Assembly (NCBI GenBank): GCA_951406725.2
Contig: OX597818.1
Coordinates: 32,426,001 to 32,490,000 of the forward strand
Origin: Octopus vulgaris
Lineage: Eukaryota
DNA length: 64,000 nt
Reading direction: 5' to 3'
Below the pieces are notes generated by a model. It worked only from the letters and a program-made list of their open reading frames with translations, had not been told where the DNA came from and searched no databases. Positions within the stretch are counted from its first letter, which is position 1. The number at the start of each line of letters is the position of its first letter. Positions 14,671 to 27,828 of the stretch are shown here, one piece after another. The position numbers and the translations under genes are program-made.

Positions 14671-15306
14671 ATATATATATATATATATATATTGGTGGGG
14701 AAAATTAAATGGGCGCATGTGTTTGGTTTTAAAACTGGCGAAGAGGTAAGAAAAGAGGCAGAACTGATGTGTTACACACTTCGCTGTTAAACTGTTGCTT
14801 CAGTACGTAAGGCAACGTTATAGAAGTGTCACATCGTAGGAGATTTGTTGCGATGTTAAATCTCGTTCAGTTGACACCTTTGCCGCTTACTGCGGGTAGA
14901 GAATGAATGCTGAGACGGTTAAAAGTGATATGTGGTCAAGCAGGATCTGTATAGTCATATTAGTCATAATGACCTCCGAATATCAGAGTTATTCAGAGTC
15001 TTGTGTTCTAGTCTTACAGCTAACCATTCAACTTCTATTGAAGGAGCAGAAAAAATATCGGTAAGAGGGAAAAGTGTGGTATAATGCTCAGCTGTTTCTG
15101 CCCACATGAGCTGGAAAGATACAGACAGACAGGAAGAAAGAGAGAGAGAGAGAGGGAGAGGGAGAGAGCGAGGGGAATGAACAAGGAGAGGATGGAGAGA
15201 GGGAAGAGAGAGAGAGTGGAAAGAGAGGAAGAAGAATGTGAGAGGGGAGGAGAGGGAGAAAAAGAGAGAGAGAGGAATAGATAGATAGAGAGAGAGAGAG
15301 AAAGAG

Positions 15307-15341
<35 letters not shown>

Positions 15342-15514
15342 GAGCAACCAGCCAACAACACAGATACGAACAAACATAGCTCCCAGAGTCTGCTGTTTTC
15401 CGTGCACTACCACTCGCACCATTAGATGCAGCTTCGTCTTTTGTTATTTTGTGACAATCTTTCGCATAACAACAATATAAAGATACATAAATTAAGTATA
15501 TATCTACATATATA

Positions 15515-15670
15515 CGAGCACTTCTTTCAGTTTCCGTCTACCAAATTCACTCACAAGGCTATGGTTGGCCCGAGGCTATAGAATACACTTACTTGGCCAA
15601 GGTGCCACTCAGTGGAACTGAACCCGGAACAATGTGGTTGGTAAGCAAGCTAGCTACTCATCACACAGTC
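15515..15670 (-). mobile_element. Family A SINE head and CORE fragment
   Basis: CTTCTTTCAGTTTCCGTCTACCAAATTCACTCACAAGG...GAACCCGGAAC..GTGGTTGGTAAGCAAGC matches other copies. Confidence 0.85.
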
Positions 15671-15684
15671 GTATATCTAATTTC

Positions 15685-15890
15685 GAATTTTGGCATAAGG
15701 ACAGCAATTTCAGGGAAGGAGTAAGTCGATTAATCGAACCTAGTGTTCAACCGGTACTTATTTTATCGACCCCAATATTATGAACGGCAAAGCCGACCAC
15801 GGCGGAATTTGAATTGAGAATGTAAAGACGGAGGAAATGCCGCTAAGCATTTTGCCCGGCGCGGTAACGATTCTGCAGGCTCACCGCCTT
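15685..15890 (-). mobile_element. tRNA-derived SINE, family B (octopus OK-like), diverged
   Basis: Reverse complement begins GGCGGTGAGCCTGCAGAATCGTTACC..GCTTAGCGGCATTTC..TCAAATTCCGCCG; matches 63434-63670. Confidence 0.85.
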
Positions 15891-15983
15891 TATACACACG
15901 CACACGTGTATGTGTATGTGTGGTGTGTGTGTGTGTGTGTGAAAGAGAGAGGGAGGAAGGGTATGTGCGTGTTGCTAAAATGC

Positions 15984-16354
15984 TATATATAGGAGCACTC
16001 CGTCGGTTGCGACGATGAGGGTCCCAGCTGATACGATCAACGGAACAGCTTGCTCGTGATATTAACGTGCAAGTGGCTGAGCACTCCACAGACACGTGTA
16101 CCCTTAACGTAGTTCTCGAGGAGATTCAGCGTGACACAGAGTGTGACAAGGCTAGCCATTTGACATACAGGTGCAAGAGAAACAGGAAGAAAGAGCGAGA
16201 GAAAGATGTGGTGAAAGAGTACAGCAGAGTTCACCACCACCCCCTGCCGGAGCCTCGTGGAGCTTTAGGTGTTTTCGCTCAATAAACACTCACAATGCCC
16301 GGTCTGGGAATCGAAACCGCGATCCTCCGACCGCGAGTCCGCTGCCCTAACCAC
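15984..16354 (-). mobile_element. tRNA-derived SINE, family C, with 11-bp TSD
   Basis: Minus head AGTGGTTAGGGCAGCGGACTCGCGG..GGTTTCGATTCCC (A/B boxes); TSD TGCTAAAATGC at 15973-15983 and 16355-16365. Confidence 0.85.
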
Positions 16355-16713
16355 TGCTAAAATGCATTGAATATTACTGCAACTTTCAAATATTCTTGAG
16401 AACATGCAATTGTTCACTTGGAAAAAGCAGTGACATGTTCTAAAAGAGAATGCTAAGGTGTTCTAACGTTTGATACTGTGTAGCTATGCCACTGAGCTAA
16501 ACTAGAGTACAAAGTAAAATAAAAAACGTAAACACGTTTTGTACAATACTTCTTCGTAAGTCTTTTTTATTTTTGTAAACTAATGTAAATTCTAAAGATA
16601 CCGAATAGGATCATACCACGAGAGCGTGCTCTGATTTTTCACGACTGCATCCGTCTCTCTATGGGCCTTTTAATGTATTTGAGAGGGAGGGAACAACAGA
16701 AACAGAGAGAGAA

Positions 16714-16752
<39 letters not shown>

Positions 16753-17131
16753 GTGAGAAAGAGCAAGTGAGATACACACACATACATACACACACTTCTC
16801 ACACACAAAGAGACAGAGAGAGAGTTTGCTTTACACCTGCACCTGTGCTGAGACGTGGAATCGTAAATATGAAGGCTTAGCTATCTTCACAACAATAATC
16901 GGTAGCAAAAGTTAATATTGGTGTCAGTCTTAACTCATAACAATATCTACTTAAGTTAGTGCGAATATATATATAAGCCGACATTCCGAAATTTACAGTA
17001 CAATCTCATACCAAACATTGTACACTCATACACGCGAGCATATTAAAAAGCAAGTGTAATGGGTATATATATGTATATATATATATATATATATGTATAT
17101 GTGTATATATATGTATATGTATATGTGTATA

Positions 17132-17162
<31 letters not shown>

Positions 17163-17326
17163 GTATATATATGTGTGTATATGTATATATATATGTGTAC
17201 ATGTATATGTATACATATATGTATATGTATATATGTGTGTATATGTATATATATGTGTATATGTATATATATGTATATATGTATATGTGTGTATATATAT
17301 ATATATATGTATATATGTATATATAA

Positions 17327-17362
<36 letters not shown>

Positions 17363-17399
17363 GTATATATATGCATATATATGTATATGTGTGTGTTTT

Positions 17400-17450
<51 letters not shown>

Positions 17451-17579
17451 AAAAAATATATATAAAAATACAAAATGGGACAAGAACGCAAAACATTCAA
17501 AAAGACGACACAAAAAACGGACGGGTCATTCGAAGCATCTAATCTTCAGTCAAGAACCGGATCATCCTCGCAATTTCGG

Positions 17580-17619
<40 letters not shown>

Positions 17620-17623
<4 letters not shown>

Positions 17624-18030
17624 AAACAAGTAAAAAATAGAAAATGCTAAAATAATTTTATAGTGAACATTTCAGTACCGGTTTCGGTCATTTTGAGACC
17701 TTTTCAACTGTAACGATTAAATAATTAAATTTAGAAAAATTAGAAGAAAAGTTTTTTAAAAGAATATTTCTATAGTAGTGTTCAGATTTAAGTGGCATTC
17801 TGCCTTTCTCTGACTCCCTTGTTTGCACTTGTGTGTTCGAGGTAGTTGTGAGTTCTTGGTAGGGTAGTAGAGGGAAGGCTGGTGAGGAAAGGGGGGTGGG
17901 AGAATCTGGGAGTGCCCTGATGGTCGTATTTTGAATGGTCAGTGGCGGCTGGCAGTCTCAGTTCAATTCAGGAGAATATTTATATTGACAGGCTTGTTTA
18001 TAGAATTAGCGTAGGTGTTATACTAAAAAA
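17620..18030 (-). mobile_element. Penelope-like terminal fragment with U3:A8 hammerhead motif
   Basis: Reverse complement of 17673-17710: CAG-TTGAAAA-GGTC(TCAAAAT)GACC-GAA-ACCGGT-A-CTG; starts next to (TA)n. Extent approximate. Confidence 0.55.
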
Positions 18031-18059
18031 CATTAGTGACAAACTTAAGGGGTAGGGGG

Positions 18060-18305
18060 TGGAGAAGAAGAAGAAGAAGAAGAAGAAGAAGGAGAAGGAG
18101 AAGGAGAAGATGACGATGATGGTGATGGTGGTGATGATTATGACGACGATGATGATGATAACGATGATGATGAAGAAGAAGAAGAAGAAGAAGAAGAAGG
18201 AGGAGAAGGAGAAGATGGTGGGGATGATGGTGGCGATGATGATGATGCCGATGATGATGATAACGATGATGATGAAGAAGAAGAGGAAGAAGAAGAAGAA
18301 GAAAA
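18060..18305. repeat. (GAA)n/(GAT)n compound microsatellite
   Basis: Direct reading. Confidence 0.95.
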
Positions 18306-18989
18306 AAACATATATATATATATATATATATATAGGGAGAGAGAGATTATCCATATGCATATAGTCATGCCTCGAAATAATTTCTCTGTATATTTTCCCC
18401 TTATTTTTATTATTTGTATTTTGTGCTCCATGCAATATGCTATCTGCATTTATCTGCCTTACTGCTTCGAGATATATAGATATGCATTTACATATATCCC
18501 TACAAATGTGTATGCATACATAAAGGTCAATAACTGCACTCACAGGCTGCCCACCCTCCATACACATTTATAATGACTGAGAAGTGAAAAAAGATATGCT
18601 TTAAGTGAGGTGATTGTTATGCAGTTTTAAGCTATAATGTAGACTATTTAAATTTATTTGCAAACTGTATTTATTTGTGATCATCTTTAGGTATATCAGA
18701 TACAGGAAAATTAACGAGCAGTCACACGTTATAAAATCTTTGCTTCCAGACTTTTATAATTTGACAAGGAAAATCTGTCTTCGTGAACACGTTTCTCGGC
18801 ATTCAAATATTCTTCTCCAGTATGTTTAGCAGAATGTGTTCACGAGATTTATATGACAGGTGGAATTGGTATAAGTATGAGACTTGGTGATTTATGATAT
18901 AGTGGAAGTAGTAAAAACCTTTTGGCTTTCCTATCATCATTCGCATTACGGTTATTGTTTGAGTACTACATAAGTTTTATGTATGCATT

Positions 18990-19208
18990 ACTCTTTTTCT
19001 CTTTTACTCTTTTACTCGTTTCAGTCATTTTGACTGCGGCCATGCTGGAGCACCGCCTTTAGTCGAGCAAATCGACCCCGGGACTTATTCTTTGTAAGCC
19101 CAGTACTTATTGTATCGGTCTCTTTTGCCGAACCGCTAAGTGACGGGGACGTAAACACACCAGCATCGGTTGTCAAGCAATGCTAGGGGGACAAACACAG
19201 ACACACAA

Positions 19209-19245
<37 letters not shown>

Positions 19246-19417
19246 CATATATACGACAGGCTTCTTTCAGTTTCCGTCTACCAAATCCACTCACAAGGCA
19301 TTGGTCGGCCCCGGGGGCTATAGCAGAAGACACTTGCCCAAGATGCCACGCAGTGGGTCTGAACCCGGAACTATGTGGTTGGTTAGCAAGCTACTTACCA
19401 CACAGCCACTCCTGCGC
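18990..19417 (-). mobile_element. Family A SINE, full length
   Basis: Head, CORE, internal microsatellite, tail and short (GTAAAAGA)n 3' repeats all present. Confidence 0.92.
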
Positions 19418-19780
19418 ATTGTTGACGTTGATGAAGCATTTGCTTCTATTAATGCTTTTAGTTTTATTATTCTGCTTCCAGTGAGTACAAAGAGTTTGTT
19501 CTAGACAATCCACATATGAACATAATAGGTATAAATAACTATTATTGATAACGCGCTTAATGAATACGCAAAGTTTTCAGTAACAGCAGTGCCGAAGACA
19601 GAAAAAAATATTGTTAAACCTCTTTAAAATATTTCACCTGTAGAGTATTTAATTCAAAGGAAAAATTTTAGTTTTGTTATGCTCATACACATATTCTGAC
19701 ATTGGAAATGAAACACGTTCATAGATTCATATATTTATCAATGAATTTAATTATTTAAGTCATAAAGCACACAAACATGT

Positions 19781-19850
<70 letters not shown>

Positions 19851-20154
19851 CAGAATAATGTATAAAGTTGATTAACTAATTTACATCCTAAAATATCTTT
19901 TATAACCCAGATATAATAATATATTAAGCATTTTCTGCAGGATCATTTTATAATATATTTATACAGTTGTTGATGATATGGTAGTTGGAAAAAGGCTGTT
20001 TCCCAATACATAAATCCCTCATATTTGTTATCTAAGAAATACACGAAAATAAAGACTTCAATTTTGGATTAGCTTACCGAAAGATATTTAGTTTTAGCTA
20101 TCGTTCTTCATTTTTAGATACAGTATCTCTGATAAAAGAATTGCAAATTATTGG

Positions 20155-20340
20155 TTTCAAATTTTGGCACAAGGCCAGCAACTTAGGAAGAGCGGCTAAG
20201 TCGATTAAATCGACCCCAGTGCTGTACTAGTACTTGTTTTATCGACCCCGAAAGGATGAAAGGCAAAGTAGATCCTTGTGGCATTTGCACTCAAAACGTG
20301 AAAACGGACGAAATGCCTCTAAGCATTTCGCCCATAACGT
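20155..20340 (-). mobile_element. Family B SINE, diverged
   Basis: ATCGACCCCAGTG..TTTATCGACCCCGAAAGGATGAAAGGCAAAG..AAGCATTTCGCCC. Confidence 0.8.
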
Positions 20341-20369
20341 CGGAGTGACCAAAGCCTTTTACGTGAAAT

Positions 20370-20935
20370 TTTGGAATTACTTGAAGCCTATTGGTCACTG
20401 TAGGGCGTCGAACTGATGGTGGAACTTGAGGCAATGCAGCACCTCTACAGAAAGAAGATTGACTCAACCAAACAGACAAGACACTGGGAGAGGCTAAAGT
20501 AACTGAAATTCTACTCTTTAGAGAATAGGCGTGCAAGATATAAAGTGCTACGCATAAAAAGGAACCTTTGGGATTGAAAGTTATACCATCCACCAAACTA
20601 GACCACACTACATAGTACCAAGGATCTCGTCTTCTCCATTTACAAAACGACCCAGTAGTGTAACAGCTTGAGTTTCAAGTATCCACAACTATTCAGCATT
20701 CTGCTAAACTCCCTCAGAGATCTGTGGGGTGTTGTAGAGATTTCCAAAGAGGATCTGGGCAAATTTTCATCTGATTTTACAGGTGAACCCATGCCGCGAC
20801 AAGAAGCACAATGAAACGCAGCTCCGTCCAAATCTCTACATCACCAGAAGTACTACAGAAAAGAAACCCATTCACAATGAAAGGCGGTGCTCTAGCATGG
20901 CCTCAGCTTCTGGTTTAACTAGTAAACGGTAAAAA
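20370..20935 (+). mobile_element. CR1-clade LINE 3' end (decayed ORF2 C-terminus and 3' tail)
   Basis: From 20422: ELEAMQHLYRKKIDSTKQTRHWERLK*LKFYSLENRRARY, then CNSLSFKYPQLFSILLNSLRDLWGVVEISKEDLGKFSSDFTGEP..AAPSKSL, matching CR1 ORF2 motifs (YxERLxxLxLYSLExRRxR; FKxxLDxFL); tail GGCGGTGCTCTAGCATGGCCTCAGC at 20883. Confidence 0.8.
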
Positions 20936-21825
20936 ATAATATAACTTTAGATGTATACGATGAATAGGACGTATAATATGGGAGGAACTGTCATTCGCGT
21001 AAAAGTATTCGCGTTCACTTTTCAGAGCGCATCAGGAAGAATTAATGTAATCATTGTATTATTTGATCTGCTTGAGTGGAAATCCTGAACATAATACATT
21101 GTGTTTTATCTAATCTTTTAGAATATATATGTTCAATATTATAGATAGTAATGGATTTAAGAAAATTGTTATAGGTTCTTTTATGACATATTTACTCATC
21201 CCATTTATGATTAGAAACATATTGTTAAAAAACAATATATTCTAGATTTATGAAAGATTCTTAGCAATAATACTACTCAGTATTGTTTAAAACGAACTGA
21301 TAGATATTAATTCGGCTTATAATATTTTGTAACGAATATTTCAGGATAGCTCACGTAATATTTTGTAACGAATATTTCAGGATAGCTCACTATTCATCTA
21401 ACACTTATATGGTTTAGTGAGACAGAAAGAAGTCAGATAGTAGGAGAAAATTGAGCGATCGTGTTTGTTTCAGACAGTAGAAGTGTTTCAAATGCTAAAT
21501 ATAACTTTCATCAGTGGTATTAATCTGATGGGCTTCCGGGCAGTTTTCATCTTGACGATTTCAAACCGAACTTATTTTGCAAAATATCCTCCAAAGATGT
21601 TGCACAGTATAATCGAATGAACAATCATTCTAGTTATAACTCACTTTAAATCGTAATGTCTGGAAAATGTTCCCATCCATTTAAGATATATATATATATA
21701 ATTATCGACTGTTGCCGCAACCACCTCCTCGTGTAGTAATCAATGCCAACAATATCCAATTGTATGAATTGGCGTGGCCAAATAATTCTGGATCTGGGAG
21801 CTCCGTTACTTCCCCTCGATAGTAG

Positions 21826-21960
21826 CAAATCTGGGGTATTGAGCAGAATATTTGTTATAGCCTATCTTTTATACCAAGACAAAACAATGTACATGATAAC
21901 ACTTCTAATCAGTTAAGATCAGAAGCCATGAGAGCCACTACATGCATCAGGGCATTTATT
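21826..21960 (-). mobile_element. 5' fragment of the (TAA)n-associated element seen at 52621
   Basis: Reverse complement matches GTGGCTCTCATGGCTTCTGATCTTAACTGA..CAAATATTCTGCTCAATACC at 52634-52745; bordered by TTA repeats. Confidence 0.85.
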
Positions 21961-21974
21961 ATTACTATTATTAT

Positions 21975-22150
21975 TCTATGTTTGACTTTTGCTTTATATT
22001 TGTACAAGTTGGCTCCAAGTCTCACCCAGAGACCTCAAGAGACAACAGGTTGGAAGTTCATGTTGTTGCTATGCCTAATGTGCCATATATTTGGTTTTGT
22101 ATTTAGTGTTGTACTAGTGAATTGGTGGCCGTGGACCAAAATTTGAAACC
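21975..22150 (-). mobile_element. Probable 3' UTR of an RLE (Dong/R4-like) non-LTR element ending in (AAT)n
   Basis: Minus strand TTGTCTCTTGAGGTCTCTGGGTGAGACTTGGAGCC..AAACATAGAATAATAATAG with TTA repeats on both flanks; family assignment is inference. Confidence 0.4.
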
Positions 22151-22326
22151 ATTATTATTGCTAACGGCGTTATTATTAACAACATTGTTAATGTTTTCCA
22201 TTTAAGGGTTAAAAAGTTTGAGTTAAATTTGTTGTTAAATTTGTGCCATTCGAAAATCAATTAAAATTTTAACACAACTGCATTTAGGTATATATGGGAA
22301 TGAGCGTTTGCACGTTCTTATAAGCA

Positions 22327-22546
<220 letters not shown>

Positions 22547-24469
22547 CATATAGCTGTCTATCCACACACTCACATGCATCTATGTTTATATATATATGTG
22601 TGTGTGTATGTGAATGTGTAAGGAAAAAAATATAGAGTATTCGTACAAAATGGCAAGACCGAACTAAAATTTAAAAAACAACTGCTTTAAGAAAGATGAA
22701 GACAGCAGCAATTACAACAACAAATATTTTATGAGTATTTGTGCATCTTTTTATTTGCTTAGTTTTCTCTATTGTATATTTCGATGTTTAATGCTTTGAA
22801 ATAATGGTATGTCGTTAGAGTTACATCAGATGATGTTTTACACTCTTCCTTTCCGAAGTATTCTTTTTATACTACTTTCTGTTTATTTTACTCTTTTATT
22901 TTTCATTTGCTCTTCCATTTGTTATGTAATTCAATCTCTTTCTTTGAGTGGTCTTTTTTTTATCCTTTTTTTCATTCTGCTTATATTGATTTTTCTATAT
23001 TTCCTTAACTGTCTTTTTAGTAACATTCTCGCATCTTCCGTGTTTGATTTAACCGTTTTTATCATTAGTACTTCAATATCTTTGAAACTATATAAAAGTC
23101 GCATCGTTTCACATGATATTTTTAACAATTTTTTGTCCCCAATTACTAAAACAAGAAAAAAAAACCCTATTTATATTTTTTTCATCTTTTGTATTTTTGG
23201 TACTCAGAAATATAATGTCAGTACTGTTCTAATGTCGTGTCTTCATCACTCACTTTGGATGCATTTTAATGAGATGTACTATAGTATTTTTCATTTGTTT
23301 TCCTCTTTAACAATTTGGTCTTTGATGCAGAGCTAACCAAATAGTATCTTTGTTAGTTACAAATTTTGTAGTAATAATATTTGTGGCGGACTTGATCCAT
23401 CGTCCAATTCCACAAACATTCCTGGCCTTTGAGTGCTATTAGCTGAATGGATTCTCCCGTATTTGGATCACGTCCACAACCCAACGGCAATGGCGCATCT
23501 GCAATTTAGAAATTCTTCCTCACTTTGTGTAAAATTCTTGGAGGCATAGCAAAAAGATCATGGTCACTATCTTTTCCTTTTTGACTCTAAAAAAAAAAAA
23601 AAAAAGGCCACGATAAAATATCAATTGTTCTTCTTTCACAACATTCCATTAATTATGCAGAAAGCTTGATCAATAGAAATTTTCGTAACAGTTGGACAGA
23701 AATCCTTACTTTGTTCAAAATTTCGTCACTGCTCTACGATTATAAGTCTATGTGCAACTGACTGAATAGTTTCAATATTTCAATAATATTTGGATAATTT
23801 TCTTTAATTTTAATATACATCTAATCATTTGTGTTAAAATGTCCAAAATGATATTTGTTACACTATGCATACCATCGATCAACACGTAACAAACACCGTT
23901 ATACACATAGGTTCGATATAGTTCCTGTTGTATCATTTTGTTCCTATGGTTTTTAAAGCAATGGAAATGATTTTCTTCCAAATAATATTTGTATGTTCCT
24001 CTGTATATACGTTTTAAGTAAGTGAGTGATGAAATTTCCCTGTGCAATGAACATACAATGCCATTTATGAATGTAAATAATATTTGTTGTCCCCGAGAAA
24101 AATACTAACAATAGACATTTAAAATGCAATTACTAAGACTTGAATGTAAATGATAACCACAGGGTAGTTAATAACAGGTAAATGAAATAGGATCGTGGAC
24201 GGAACTAATCGATGGTATTCATCGAATGTAACACGTATCTAATTATTGTATATAATTTTCGTTGTTGGCGTGTTGGTTTACTCTGTTGTGTTAATGGTAA
24301 AAGAATCGCCGAGCATATCACAGATATGTTTTCTGTATTTATTTCACAAGCACTTCTCATAACATATAAAATTACAGCGAGTGACGGCAAGAGAAATGAA
24401 TTTATAACATTACTTTTTTTGAGAGTAAACTAAATGCAATATTCTATTTAACTTTAGTAATACATATAG

Positions 24470-24728
24470 TGTGGAAGCGCGTGCTTAGTGGTTAGGGTGT
24501 CAGCACCATGATCGTAAGATTGTGTTTTCGATTCCTGGACCGGGCGACGCATTGTGTTCTTGAGCAAAACACTTCATTTCACGTTGCTCCAGTCCACTCA
24601 GCTGGCAAAAATGAGCAACGCTGCGATGGTCTGGCGTCCGTCCAGCTGGGGAACACATACGCCATAGAAACCGGGAAACCGGGTCCATGAACCTGGCTAG
24701 TCTTTAAAAGGGCGCATTTATTTTTTTT
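24470..24728 (+). mobile_element. tRNA-derived SINE with V-domain-like body, family D, 12-bp TSD
   Basis: A-box GTGCTTAGTGG, B-box-like TTTCGATTCC, body GTTCTTGAGCAAAACACTT..CTCCAGTCCACTCAGCTG..CTGCGATGGTCTGGCGTCCGTCCAG..AGAAACCGGG; TSD TAATACATATAG at 24458-24469 and 24729-24740. Confidence 0.85.
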
Positions 24729-26383
24729 TAATACATATAGCATAGTAGTAGACTTCTATTCAGTGTTCGGTTTGATTTCGATTGTATAAACATTCAGTTT
24801 TGAATTCAAAGTTCACAAATGCGTCTTCCACATGTCATTTGTTGCAACGTCTATTAAGAAAAAGAAAGTCTTATTATTTATGCAGAACAGGTAAACCATC
24901 CTTGCCACTCATCAATATAATTTCGACTGTGTTTTACTATTAAGCCACATTACGACACACGTATGTTAATATCTCAATTTGCTACGTTATATGTTTAAGC
25001 TTTTGTCTTATGCGTTGTATATTTACGTTCCTTACATTACGCATGCGTTATGCATATGTAATGAATTATTGATCAAATGCTGCATGTTTATATTACTGAG
25101 AGACTAATATGCTACTGAGTTTAGATTTATGCTACACATATGGCAATTATTTCATTTCCCATCTATCATATTGAAAACAAATATTGTACTGTTTTTACTG
25201 CGGCAGTCTTGTATATTTTAGTATTATGCGTTGCCCAAGAGAGGATAGACAAATATATAGAAAATTGAAAAGCAAGTTATTGCAGAAACACAGAAAAAAC
25301 GCACAAAAGCTGGAATGAAAATATATAAAATGCTTTTGCGACAGAGAAAAGTTACTCTAGACCACTTATCGTAACTCAGTAATAGTTTGGCGCCGAAACT
25401 GCTATTTGTTATTGATACAATATGGACAGTCACGTTTTGGAGCAAATCTTTTTTTGCTTTTTCTGATATTTCTTCGTAGTTGCAGAGTTGAGAATTCAAT
25501 TCTCAATTATCCAGTGCATTTGTACTCAAACATAAGTCTGTGTCTCTAAAACAAACGGAATGGTCACGACTGAGACGCATTTGATCTTAGGCTAGGCTTG
25601 CTCGATTATAATAATGATCTGAGAGGTAGACAACAATAACAAGAACAAAACCAACGCGTCAGTCATGCGCTAGTATATTTGCTAACGGCCATTTATGTTT
25701 ATCTTACAATAATATACTTGACATTTGAATTAAATGAAAGAAATGAAGGAAAAGATTTTTCGACTTACACTTTTCTTTTGAGAGGGGATTAAGAAAAATA
25801 CATTTATATCATTTATGTATGTGTAAGCTTTTACAACGTGTGTTATTTATTTATTTACTTGTGTACGTTTTATATTGTAAATTTGATGGTGATGGCTATT
25901 TAGAGTGCGTAAATAAGCTTAAAATATATTCTCTTTCACTATTTCAGTCTTTCTCATTAATTTTATGTCTACGACTACGAAAAACTATATTCATAATCTC
26001 TCAACCGTGTTACTGTATCTAAACGGATTATCCATTTTGGAAAGATTTTCGATGAGTGATGTTGAATAACATTCTTTATTGAATGTATAGATATGCATAT
26101 TTATTGACCTTCACAAGTTTTCAAGGGAGAATAAAACCGAGTGTTGAGTCGGAAAAAAAACACGACCCCCCCCCCCCCCAAAAAAAAATTAAATACTCCT
26201 CCTCATATTTTGGTTTCTCTTTGTCTTCTTGCTCCTAGAAATCATCATCATAGTTTACTGAAGTATATAGTTGTACATGTTGCCTCTTTAGCAATTTCTA
26301 CCGCTGAGTGGGTCCTGGTCGTTAGCGTGATCAAAAATATGCAATGGTGGATTAATTTAGCCTAACGTAATTTCTGTCCTTAC

Positions 26384-26431
<48 letters not shown>

Positions 26432-27260
26432 CACATACACACACACTGTACATCCACTTACAGGGACCTGGAAATTTCTGGGTTGGTAACCAAGTGCCCA
26501 TTTGACTGGAAGGGTTAGACTTTTAGGCTTGGTTCAAATCCCGTATCTTCGTTTCACCCATTCTTTAATTGTTATTTATAATTTTAAAATCAATTTTGTG
26601 CACCACCACCAAGATAGTTTTAATCTATTACTATTACTCAATCAAAAGTTGTCTACATATTCAGGTATTTCTCTTTTATCTCTTTTAAACATGTCATGTG
26701 TCCTATTATTCATTATCGCCTGAGAATCAAAAGCTAAGAAATCTATGAATATAACACACACACACACACTTACACACACACACACATATATAACATCGTA
26801 ATTAAAATTATTCAGTGTAGCTTGAATACGAACATTTAAAATTTCCCCAAGAGCGTTCTTTTTGTTAGTAAATGGCTAAATCTTCGCAATATCAATAATC
26901 TAATTAAACACCTGAAATTATGGTAATTATTAAATTAGCATTCATTGCATGATCTATCTTAATTGCACTGTTGAACTTCTAATATTTTATGACGCAAGCA
27001 TACATATGACCTTTTCGAAACCAGTTTCCACCAACTAAAAATTTCTTATTGAAGTTGCCTAAGAGAATGTCTTTCTAATAAGATTCAGGAATCGCAGCTC
27101 AATTAATATATTTGAACCTAGTTTAATGGATGCTCAACCAATAAAATTGGATCTACACAGGACAGTGACCAACTCACTTCAATATGTTACGTACAAATCT
27201 TTTCCTCATCAAGTTAGAATGTAAAATATATTAGAATCGAAAAGAGGTACGGATACCTAT

Positions 27261-27490
27261 TTCGTTATTACCCACAAGGGGCTAAACACAGAGGGGACAA
27301 ACAAGGACAGACAAATGGATTAAGTCGATTACATCGATCCCAGTGCGTAACTGGTACTTAATTTATCGACCCCGAAAGGATGAAAGGCAAAGTCGACCTC
27401 GGCGGAATTTGAACTCAGAACGTAATGGCAGGCGAAATACCGCTAAGCATTTCGTCCGACGTGCTAACGGTTCTGCCAGCTCGCCGCCTT
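27261..27490 (-). mobile_element. Family B SINE, full length, 14-bp TSD
   Basis: Close match to 63434-63670; TSD GTACGGATACCTAT at 27247-27260 and 27491-27504. Confidence 0.92.
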
Positions 27491-27679
27491 GTACGGATAC
27501 CTATGAGGTACGGATACCCTCCTGTTTGTTTCTAAGTTTTCTTTTGTCCAACATGAAGAATATTGATGTAATGTTTTTCAATGTTTCCAGAGTTAAAGGT
27601 GAGTTGCAAGTTAATTATTTTTGATAGTCATGTTGTTTAGTTTAGCAGGGTTTGCAAAGACGGAAACATCCGGGAAAGG

Positions 27680-27828
27680 TTAACTGAAATTGTGATCTGC
27701 TCCTGCATAACTGCGGAGAATGTAACTTAGTAAATCAGCAATGCAATATTCCGACAGGTATATAAAATGGCTTCTGACAACTTTCACGATCAAATCGTTG
27801 CCATAGGACTGACTGTCACTATACAGAT
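27680..27828 (-). CDS. Candidate terminal coding exon, unknown product
   Basis: Acceptor tctttgtgattgcAG; phase-1 frame open for 48 codons to TAA ((Y)LYSDSQSYGNDLIVKVV..GADHNFS*), phase-compatible with 30301-30365. A competing plus-strand reading exists. Confidence 0.3.

Noticed and set aside
22809-23336. 175-aa hydrophobic plus-strand ORF
   Set aside because: F/I/L richness follows from T-rich composition; no recognisable motif.
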